From positions 384,001 to 448,000 of the forward strand of contig JAVJQW010000023.1 in assembly GCA_040218735.1 (NCBI GenBank): a stretch of DNA of 64,000 nucleotides, written 5' to 3'. Shown piece after piece: positions 8,823-16,431 of this stretch. The notes under the pieces were generated by a model. That model worked only from the letters and a program-made list of their open reading frames with translations, was not told the origin of the DNA and ran no database searches. Position 1 is the first letter of the stretch. Each line of letters begins with the position of its first letter. The DNA comes from Deltaproteobacteria bacterium. GTDB lineage: Bacteria; Myxococcota; Kuafuiibacteriia; Kuafuiibacteriales; Kuafuiibacteriaceae. A program made the position numbers and the translations under genes.

Positions 8823-10265
8823 TCAGTTCCGCGTCCCGGACACCATGATCGTGAGCGTCGGCGTCACCGGATCGTTCGTCGGGACGTCGATCTCGGCCCG
8901 GTGTACACCCGCCGCCGGTGGATCGAACGTCACCTGGAACGGCAGTCCGGTCATCGGGGGCGGGTTGCAGTTCACGTCGGGCAGCATCGTTCCCGATGCG
9001 GGTGTATTCGACAACGTGAACGCCATCGGCCCCTGCGTCGTGCGCAACGTGATCGCGCCCGTCGTCATCAGCGGGAGCGTTCCGCAGTTCGACAGCGCGA
9101 CGTTGACGGTGGCCGGGGGATTCTCGCCCGTCTGCTGGAAGTTCACCTCCGCGGGGAAGGAATAGGCCGACGGCCGACCGACCTCACCGCGCACCAGCAC
9201 CGAAGACGTCGGGCGCGTCGCCGAGTTCGATCCGACGATTACCGTCTGCACGTCGAACTCGTAGTCGGCCGGCGTGTAGGTGACGTCGAACACACGTTCC
9301 TCGTTCGGCGTCAGGATGACTTGCCCCGCCATCGACGGGTCCGGGTTGAACGACAGCTCGTCCTCCATGCGCGCGAGCGACGCCTGGAACGTGAGGTCGC
9401 GGTTGCCCGCGTTGATCACGCGAATCGAACCCGTCGCCGTCGCGTTGCGATCCACGTTCAACATCTGCACCGCCGGGTTCTCGCCCGCCGCCGTGCACAG
9501 CTCCGGCTCCCCCGTCGCGCTCGCGCACACTTCGAGCTCCGGCCCGACGGCGGTGCCCGTCAGCGGCACCTCCACGGTCGGCGCCGCCATCGTCGTGGTG
9601 TCGAAGCGAACCACCCCGCTCACCGGCCCCATCGCGTTCGGCATGTACGTGACGGAGAACGTCGCGGTCCCACCAGGGTTGTAGACCTGCTCGACGCCCA
9701 TGTCGTCGGCGGTGAACGCGCCGCCGCCGTTGTCGTCGACACGGAAGTTCGACAGCGTGAACGCATCCGTCCCCGGGTTGCGCACCGTGACGTTCACCGT
9801 GACGGGCTGCGTCTGCGAGTTCCACAGCACCTCGCCGAAGTCGACCGCGGGCGGGTCCACGACGACCGCCGCTTCGATCCCCTCGCCCATCAGCGGCACC
9901 GAGATCGTCGCCGCCTCGGGATCGTTCGTCGCGAACACCAACGTCCCGCTCACCATCCCGATCTCCGTGGGGCGCAGGATGACGTCGACCTCGATCTCGT
10001 CGAACGTCGCCACCGTCGAGGTGATCGTCGGCGCCACGAACGGCGCGTCCGCCACGAAGCCGGACACGTCCGCGACGAAGGAGCCGCGGTTGATGATCTT
10101 CAGCTTCACGGTCTTCTGCGAGCTGACCGGCACGCGACCGAAGTCGATCATCGTCGGCTCCACCGTGATGGACGCGTTGAGGACGCCGAGCTCGTCACCG
10201 CAGTCGCAACCGGACACGGCGAGCGTGCCCAGCACGAGGAGGACGCGGATTCTCGAAGGGTTCAC
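8823..10265 (-). CDS. Lipoprotein with four tandem Ig-like ASH/choice-of-anchor-D domains
   Basis: Lipobox LAVSG-CDC. Repeated units of P..IDFG.V / N.G / TNDP / VPL.G. Confidence 0.8.
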   Translation of the reverse strand: MNPSRIRVLLVLGTLAVSGCDCGDELGVLNASITVEPTMIDFGRVPVSSQKTVKLKIINRGSFVADVSGFVADAPFVAPTITSTVATFDEIEVDVILRPTEIGMVSGTLVFATNDPEAATISVPLMGEGIEAAVVVDPPAVDFGEVLWNSQTQPVTVNVTVRNPGTDAFTLSNFRVDDNGGGAFTADDMGVEQVYNPGGTATFSVTYMPNAMGPVSGVVRFDTTTMAAPTVEVPLTGTAVGPELEVCASATGEPELCTAAGENPAVQMLNVDRNATATGSIRVINAGNRDLTFQASLARMEDELSFNPDPSMAGQVILTPNEERVFDVTYTPADYEFDVQTVIVGSNSATRPTSSVLVRGEVGRPSAYSFPAEVNFQQTGENPPATVNVALSNCGTLPLMTTGAITLRTTQGPMAFTLSNTPASGTMLPDVNCNPPPMTGLPFQVTFDPPAAGVHRAEIDVPTNDPVTPTLTIMVSGTRN

Positions 10266-10322
10266 GAGGGGATGAAACAACCCCCGGGCGGCGGGAGCCA
10301 TCCGCCAACGAAACGATCGGCG

Positions 10323-10727
10323 TCAGCGGGTCGCGACGGGCTCGCGATCGAGCAGCAAGCGCGCGTGCGCCCGGATCGCCTCCGACTCGGAGCGGCTGGC
10401 GGCGATCGTCTCGAGGAGCTGGTGCACCCCGTTCACGCGGCGCTCGACGAGCAACTCCAGCGCCTCTTCGCGGTGTGCGAAGTCCGGGCGCTGCGCCTCG
10501 CGCAACAGGACCGTCCACACCCGCGGGCTCGCGTCGTCGAGGCTCGCCTCGCGCTCCGCGGCCGGACCGGCGTGGTGCTCGAAGTCGTAGACGAACTTCT
10601 CGTCCGTCGGTCCAAGCGAGAATGCAAAGACCACGGCGACCGTCGGAATCAGCGCGGCGAACGGGATGACCCAGGTGCGTCCGAACCTCCCGGAGTTATT
10701 CGATCCGGCTCGTGACTTCTTCGACAT
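10323..10727 (-). CDS. Hypothetical single-TM protein with short helical (HEAT-like) C-terminus
   Basis: 134-aa ORF with an N-terminal TM helix, co-oriented 57 bp upstream of the ASH lipoprotein start used here. Confidence 0.6.
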   Translation of the reverse strand: MSKKSRAGSNNSGRFGRTWVIPFAALIPTVAVVFAFSLGPTDEKFVYDFEHHAGPAAEREASLDDASPRVWTVLLREAQRPDFAHREEALELLVERRVNGVHQLLETIAASRSESEAIRAHARLLLDREPVATR

Positions 10728-10844
10728 CGTCGCGTCGGAAGAACGAGCCGCGGTGCGCCCCGACTTCCGCTGGCTACATACGACGCAGCGGTCGATTTCA
10801 CAAGTTCTCGGATCCAGTCGGGACTTTCGACCCGGTCGACCCGT

Positions 10845-11459
10845 TCAGGCCCCTTCGCCCTCGACGTACGGGCGGAGGTAACGCACGAGGAGCAGCTTCA
10901 CCTCGGCGAGCAGCGCCCGCGCGCGACGCTCCGGCGCGGTCCGCGCCAAGAACAGGAACGACGTGGTCGTGTTGACCACCGTCGTCGCGACCACGCGTCG
11001 CTTCTGCGGCTTCATCGCGGGGATGAACGTCTTCAGCAGCGTCGCGACCTGGTCGATGATCTTCTCCATCATCGCGACGTCGTCTTTCTCGTACGCCGCG
11101 TAGAGCTGCAAATTCGAGTACAGCGCACGCACTCGGATATCGGTCCGCTCCCACTCGAAGTACGACTCCAGGTAGGCCTCCACCAGCGCCTCCCAGCCCT
11201 GGGCCATCAGCTCCGGGGTCAGGACCCGCGCGAAGACTTCGCCGGACTCGTCCAGGCACTGCTTCGCGATCGCGTGGAACAGCCCGTTCTTGTTGGAGAA
11301 GAACTGATAGATGGACCCGACGGACGTGTCCGCCCGGGCCGCGATCTCGTCGATCGTCGCCGCCTCGAATCCGACCTCCGAGAACACCTCCGCGGCCGCG
11401 TCCAGGATGGCAACGTACCGCCGCTTCGCGCGCTCTTGCGTCGGCGTGCGTCGCTCCAC
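10845..11459 (-). CDS. TetR/AcrR family transcriptional regulator
   Basis: ILDAAAEVFSEVGFEAATIDEIAARADTSVGSIYQFFSNK HTH. Probable GTG start at 11459, just downstream of the operator palindromes. Confidence 0.93.
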   Translation of the reverse strand: MERRTPTQERAKRRYVAILDAAAEVFSEVGFEAATIDEIAARADTSVGSIYQFFSNKNGLFHAIAKQCLDESGEVFARVLTPELMAQGWEALVEAYLESYFEWERTDIRVRALYSNLQLYAAYEKDDVAMMEKIIDQVATLLKTFIPAMKPQKRRVVATTVVNTTTSFLFLARTAPERRARALLAEVKLLLVRYLRPYVEGEGA

Positions 11460-11517
11460 TTGACGAAACGTGAGGGCGTCCTCATATTTTGTCAAACGTG
11501 AGGACATCCTCACATTT
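11460..11517. promoter_or_regulatory. Divergent promoter with two TetR-type operator palindromes
   Basis: AAACGTGAGG-GCGT-CCTCATATTT (11466-11489) and AAACGTGAGGA-CA-TCCTCACATTT (11494-11517). A TTGACG-N17-CATATT sigma70-like promoter (11460-11488) points toward the P450. Confidence 0.8.
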
Positions 11518-11535
11518 CGCCACCGAGAGGTCCCG

Positions 11536-12873
11536 ATGTCCGCAGTCCGCAACCGTCCGATCGCCGATGTCCTCCAGCTCCGCGCCAACCCGTTGTCGCT
11601 CTTCATCGAGGCGCTCCGCGAACCCGCCGCGATGGTGCGCTACCAGTTCGGCCCCTACCGCGCCGTCCTCGCGAAGCGCGCCGAGCACGTCGAGCACGTG
11701 CTCGTGAAGAACCACGACAACTACCTCAAGGGGCAGAACTACGAGCCGCTCAAGCTCACGCTCGGAGAGGGCCTCGTCACGAGTGAGGGTGAGCTGTGGA
11801 AGCGACAGCGCAAGCTGCTCCAACCCGCGTTCCACCACCGAAGCCTGTCGATGTTCGCGGACGTCATGTCGCGCGCGACCGAGGCGCTCGTCGACGAGTG
11901 GGAAGCCGAGCCCACCGAGACCGACCTGCACCGCGCGATGATGCAGCTGACCTTCCGCATCGTGTGCCAGACGTTGTTCTCCGCCGACGTTCAGACGGAC
12001 GGTGACTTCGGCGACGCGCTGCACGACCTCCTCGACTGGACCAACCGCCGCAGCGAGACGCTGATCCGCCCGCCGCTGTGGATGCCCACCCCCGGTAACG
12101 TTCGTTTCAAACGAAGCCGCCGCCGCTTCGACGATCTGATCTACGCGCTGATCCGCGAGCGTCGCGAGTCCGGTGAGCCCAAGGGCGACCTCCTCGACAT
12201 GCTCCTCGCCGCCTGCGACGACGGCATGCCCGAGCACCTCGTCCGCGACGAGCTCATCACGCTCGCGCTCGCCGGACACGAGACCACCGCGAACGCGTTG
12301 AGTTGGACGTTCTACCTGCTGTCGAAGCACCCCGACGTCGCGCGCCGCGTCGTCGAAGAAGTCGACGCCGTGCTCGGCGATCGCCAGCCGACGCTCGAGG
12401 ATCTCAAGGACGGCCTCGACTACACCGGCCGCGTCATCGAGGAGTCGATGCGTCTGTTCCCTCCGGTGTGGGGCTTCGAGCGCCAGGCCATCGCGGAGGA
12501 TCGCCTCGGCAACGAACGTGTGCCGCCGAAGACGAGCGTGATGATCGTGCCGTATTCGATGCACCGCGACTGGCGCTACTGGGACAACCCGGAGGGCTTC
12601 GATCCGGACCGCTTCCTGCCGGAGGCCAAGAAGGATCGCCCCCGCTTCGCGTACCTCCCCTTCGGCGGCGGCCCGCGCGTCTGCATCGGGAACGCGTTCG
12701 CGATGATGGAGGCCAAGATCATCGTGGCGTTGGTGCTGCGCCGGATCCGGCTGGAGCTGGAGCCGGGCTTCGTCGCGGAGCTGGAGCCCTCGATCACGCT
12801 GAGGCCCAAGAACGGGATTCGCGTGCGGATCGATCGCCGATTCGCGAAACAGGCGGCGGCGAGCTCACGATAA
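11536..12873 (+). CDS. Cytochrome P450
   Basis: AGHETT I-helix, ESMR (ExxR), FDPDRF and heme motif FGGGPRVCIG. GAGAGG RBS before ATG 11536. Confidence 0.97.
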   Translation: MSAVRNRPIADVLQLRANPLSLFIEALREPAAMVRYQFGPYRAVLAKRAEHVEHVLVKNHDNYLKGQNYEPLKLTLGEGLVTSEGELWKRQRKLLQPAFHHRSLSMFADVMSRATEALVDEWEAEPTETDLHRAMMQLTFRIVCQTLFSADVQTDGDFGDALHDLLDWTNRRSETLIRPPLWMPTPGNVRFKRSRRRFDDLIYALIRERRESGEPKGDLLDMLLAACDDGMPEHLVRDELITLALAGHETTANALSWTFYLLSKHPDVARRVVEEVDAVLGDRQPTLEDLKDGLDYTGRVIEESMRLFPPVWGFERQAIAEDRLGNERVPPKTSVMIVPYSMHRDWRYWDNPEGFDPDRFLPEAKKDRPRFAYLPFGGGPRVCIGNAFAMMEAKIIVALVLRRIRLELEPGFVAELEPSITLRPKNGIRVRIDRRFAKQAAASSR

Positions 12874-12879
12874 GGACAT

Positions 12880-14052
12880 GTGGTTCGTCCCGCGCGGGGG
12901 TTGTCTTGGTTCGATCGCGACCCGGCGGTCGGCGCCCCCACGGTCGACGGCGACCACGGCAAAGTCGGCGCGTTCTCCTTCTCGCGCAAGGACGTCGAGG
13001 CCGCCATGCGCCGCTTCGCGGTGGCCTCACCGGCACCGCTGCTCAGGCTCGCTCAGACCCTCGACGACGGCGACCGCCGCCTCGAGATGTCGGAGCTGAT
13101 CGCCGCCGGGCGCCTCGCGACCGCCGATCTCACGAAGGGGTTCTCGGTCGGCCCCGCCGCGCTCGCCGAGGTGATGAAGGCGCAGCGCCGCCCCGAGGAG
13201 TCGCTCCTCCTCCGCATGGCGCGCCGCTTCGACGACGGCGACCGGATCCTCGAACCCCACGAGCTGGAGCGCGCGGCGAAGCTGCTCGGCTCCGTGGTCG
13301 AACCGAACGACGTCGCCGCGATCTACCGACGCACGCGCGCGCTACCGGCGGAGGTCGAGACGATCGGCGTCGTCAGCGACGCGACCCGCTCACGTGAGAT
13401 CCTCGCGGCGCGCTTCCCCACCACCAACGGCAGCGAGCCCGAGCTGCGCGTCGTCATCACCGGCGGCGTGCACGGCGACGAGCCGGCTGGCGCTGGCGCT
13501 GCGCTCGCGTTCGCGGAGTGGCTCGCGACGAACCCCGCGATCCGCGAGCGCGTCGAGTTCGTCGTCATCCCGATGGTGAACCCGCGCGGCCTCGAAGACG
13601 GCACGCGCCGCACGCCCGAGGACGTCGACACCAACCGGAGCCTCGGCCCGGACGCAGAACACAAGACGCAGGAAGGCAAGATCGTCACGGCCTTCCTGAA
13701 GAGCAACGCGTTCGACCTCGGCATCGATCTCCACAGCGGCTCTCCCAAGCGCAACGGCTTCTGGCTCATGCACCGCGGCGCGGAGGACCTGCTCGGCCCG
13801 GTGATGAAGGCGTTCGATGTGGAGTGGCCGGTGCTCGCCGGCGACGTCCGCCCGTACATCGCGCAGCGGCCGGGTGTCTTGGTGAGCCGAAACTCGGGCA
13901 CGATGAAGGACGAGTTCGTGCGCTGCGGTGCGCGCTGGGGCGTCACCGTCGAAGCACCGCGTTCGATCAGCTACCTGGATCGGGTCTTCGGGGAGATGGA
14001 GCTGATCCAGCGGATCGTCGGCGCCGCGCTCGGGCGACAAGCCATCGCCTGA
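12880..14052 (+). CDS. M14 family metallocarboxypeptidase/deacylase with N-terminal duplicated EF-hand-like repeat
   Basis: GGVHGDE, PMVNPRG, DTNR, IDLH and TVEAP motifs. Confidence 0.85.
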   Translation: MVRPARGLSWFDRDPAVGAPTVDGDHGKVGAFSFSRKDVEAAMRRFAVASPAPLLRLAQTLDDGDRRLEMSELIAAGRLATADLTKGFSVGPAALAEVMKAQRRPEESLLLRMARRFDDGDRILEPHELERAAKLLGSVVEPNDVAAIYRRTRALPAEVETIGVVSDATRSREILAARFPTTNGSEPELRVVITGGVHGDEPAGAGAALAFAEWLATNPAIRERVEFVVIPMVNPRGLEDGTRRTPEDVDTNRSLGPDAEHKTQEGKIVTAFLKSNAFDLGIDLHSGSPKRNGFWLMHRGAEDLLGPVMKAFDVEWPVLAGDVRPYIAQRPGVLVSRNSGTMKDEFVRCGARWGVTVEAPRSISYLDRVFGEMELIQRIVGAALGRQAIA

Positions 14053-14061
14053 TACGGCAAG

Positions 14062-15846
14062 ATGCCGGCCGTGGAGCGCCCGAACCCCCTCGCCTTCGTC
14101 GTTCCGATCGTCGCGGCGGCCGTCGGACTCTTTTCCCTCCCCGTCCTGCTCGGTTTCGCGGGCAGCCTCCGCGCGCTGCAGGAGGGCGGCTGGTTCGCGT
14201 GGTTCGTGCTCGCGGCGTTCGGCTTTGGCGCCGTCTTCCAAGTCGTGATCGTCGCGGTGGGGCGCCCGCTCGGTGGGCTGGTGGCGCTCAGCGCAGTCCC
14301 GTGGCTCCTCGGCCTCGTCGGGACGCTGATGGGCCAGCGGATGGTCGCGCAGGCACTCGCCGCGGTCGACCCCAGCATGGTCGGCACGTTGTTCCTCGCG
14401 GGCACCGCCGAAACGATGGTGACCCGCGCGTTCGGTGGTTGGGCGTCGGCCTTCCTCGCGATGGGCGGCGGAATCGCGGTGCTCCTGCGAGACCGGAGCC
14501 GCTGGTCGCTCGCGACGCTCTGCGGCGCGCTCGCGATCGCCGCTCTGTTCACGGCGCTCGCCGCGATGACGTTGCGGACCGGCCTCGGCGCCATCGTGAA
14601 CGCTCCGCCCGACATGCGGATGATGTTGCTGGCGTCGGCGTTGTCCAAGCTGTGGCTCTTCGAAGTACTGCGGCTCGCCGCAATGGTGCTCGTCGGAGTC
14701 GGTGCGATGGTCGCCCTGCTCGTCAGCCTCACGAGGCCCGACGGACGCGCCGGCGCGATGCTGGCGGTCGTGGTGGCGCTCGTCGTTGGCGTTGCGGACG
14801 TCGGCGTCGTGCATCGATCCCGCGGAACCGCGGAGGCGGTGGCGTCGACGCGTGACACCAGCGGGGATGGCTTCGAGGCGTTGGTGCTACGCGGTTCATC
14901 GCACAACCGACCGCAGGCTCGGATCGCGCCGGGCAAGACGGTCGACGCGGCTCGGCTGGACGGAGCGGGCGACACGTTCACGGTCGAAGTCGATCACCGC
15001 ACCGACGGCGCGACGCTCCAAGCGTTCTTCGACGCCGCTGCGCGCGCTTCCATCGAGCGCGTCGAGATCGTCGGAAACCAACCGCCGCCCGCACCCGAGG
15101 TGATGGCCGCCGCCGGGATCCACGCGGTGTACGTCGCGCTCGCCACCCGAGGTCCGGGCGCCATCGAGGTGCAGACGTCGGCGGGGCTCCCGAAGGATGT
15201 GCTGCGCGCGACCTTGCGTCCCGGCGCTCCCCTCGCGCTCGAGTCCCGCCCCGGGGAGGTCGTCGAGACGGTCACGATGGGCGGACCGTCCGTGGAGGGC
15301 CGCGGGCGGCGCGTCCTCCTCACGCTGGAGCCGAGCGTCACGGCTTCGTATGTGGTCCAAGCCGTGGCGGCGCTACAGACCAGCGACTTCGTCGTCGCGG
15401 TGGGGCAGAGCGAGCCGCCCGAGCAAGAGACGGACGAAGACCCCGGCGAGGGCGTGGTGGGGATGGTCGGGTTGCTGAGGACGGAAGGGTCGGAGGGGAC
15501 CGCGCGACGGAAGGTCACGCCGAAGGTCGTCCCGGGGCGGTCGCAGGTCCGCGGCACACTCGACCGCGCGATCATCCAGCGCGTCATCCGCGCGCACCGC
15601 GCGAAGATCCGCTACTGCTACGAGCGCGAGCTGGTGAAGCAGCCGAAGCTCTCCGGCAAGATCGTCACGTCGTTCGTCGTGAGCGCGGAGGGTTCGGTGA
15701 GCAGCGCGACGGTGAAGAAGTCCACGCTCGGATCGAAGGGCGCCGAGCAGTGCATCGTGAGCGCGCTGAAGCGGATGAAGTTCCCGAAGCCGCAGGGCGG
15801 CGGCATCGTGATGGTCACCTACCCGTTCATCTTCAGCCCGGGTTGA
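14062..15846 (+). CDS. Polytopic membrane protein: MotA/TolQ/ExbB-like N-terminus, ExbD/TolR-like periplasmic domains, C-terminal TonB-C (AgmX/PglI) domain
   Basis: EGGWFAW, PWLLGLVGTLMG, AGTAETMVT; TVEVD...FFDAAARASIERVEIV; GTLDRAIIQRVI...YCYERELVKQPKLSGKI...FPKPQGGGIVMVTYPFIF. Confidence 0.75.
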   Translation: MPAVERPNPLAFVVPIVAAAVGLFSLPVLLGFAGSLRALQEGGWFAWFVLAAFGFGAVFQVVIVAVGRPLGGLVALSAVPWLLGLVGTLMGQRMVAQALAAVDPSMVGTLFLAGTAETMVTRAFGGWASAFLAMGGGIAVLLRDRSRWSLATLCGALAIAALFTALAAMTLRTGLGAIVNAPPDMRMMLLASALSKLWLFEVLRLAAMVLVGVGAMVALLVSLTRPDGRAGAMLAVVVALVVGVADVGVVHRSRGTAEAVASTRDTSGDGFEALVLRGSSHNRPQARIAPGKTVDAARLDGAGDTFTVEVDHRTDGATLQAFFDAAARASIERVEIVGNQPPPAPEVMAAAGIHAVYVALATRGPGAIEVQTSAGLPKDVLRATLRPGAPLALESRPGEVVETVTMGGPSVEGRGRRVLLTLEPSVTASYVVQAVAALQTSDFVVAVGQSEPPEQETDEDPGEGVVGMVGLLRTEGSEGTARRKVTPKVVPGRSQVRGTLDRAIIQRVIRAHRAKIRYCYERELVKQPKLSGKIVTSFVVSAEGSVSSATVKKSTLGSKGAEQCIVSALKRMKFPKPQGGGIVMVTYPFIFSPG

Positions 15847-16420
15847 CGAGCAGGTGCACGTCCTGGCGACCGGCGAAGCCGCAGAAGCTGAACACCACGG
15901 TGGTGCTCACGTAGAACGGTTTCTTTCGTAGGTCGACCGGCCTGAAGCCACCGTTCTTGATCACTGCGTTCGTGCGCGCCACCGGCTCCGCGGTGTTCGT
16001 CACCAACACAAAACGATAAGCCGAGGCGGCGCCGAGGAACGACTGGATGCGGCGGGTGTCGAGGTGCTGCAAGACGTCCTTCGCGATCAGGAGGTCGGCT
16101 TCGGGGAGCGCGTCGAAGGTGCCGTCGCTCAGCGCGAAGTGAACGTTCTCGGACCCGAAGCGCTCCTGGTTCGTTTCGATCACCGACGCCACGACGTCCA
16201 CCCCGGTGTAGTCGACGCCCGACCAGTCGACGAAACGCGAGAACTGCCAGTCCCCGCAGCCGACGTCGACCACGCGCTCGATCTGATTCCACAGCAGGAA
16301 CTCCTGCAGGAAACGACGGTACGCGATCGTCTCGTGCGACGCCGAGCCGGGCCCCGAGCCCTGGCCCCACACGCCGTCGTCGTAGATGCCGGTGAAGATC
16401 TTCGAAACGGAGTCCGCCAC
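15833..16420 (-). CDS. Class I SAM-dependent methyltransferase
   Basis: WGQGSGPGS, VVDVGCGDW, YTGVDVV, KDVLQHL. GTG start at 16420, 11 bp after the imuB stop. Confidence 0.88.
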   Translation of the reverse strand: MADSVSKIFTGIYDDGVWGQGSGPGSASHETIAYRRFLQEFLLWNQIERVVDVGCGDWQFSRFVDWSGVDYTGVDVVASVIETNQERFGSENVHFALSDGTFDALPEADLLIAKDVLQHLDTRRIQSFLGAASAYRFVLVTNTAEPVARTNAVIKNGGFRPVDLRKKPFYVSTTVVFSFCGFAGRQDVHLLVNPG

Positions 16421-16431
16421 GCGAAGTCTAT

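Noticed and set aside
12878-13099. ATG with AAGGA RBS opening a 73-aa ORF overlapping the M14 gene start
   Set aside because: The product is a nondescript shifted-frame peptide, and the GTG at 12880 uses the same RBS with better spacing.
6530-16431. Block between dnaE2 and imuB as a mobile element
   Set aside because: No integrase, transposase, terminal repeats or GC shift is visible.
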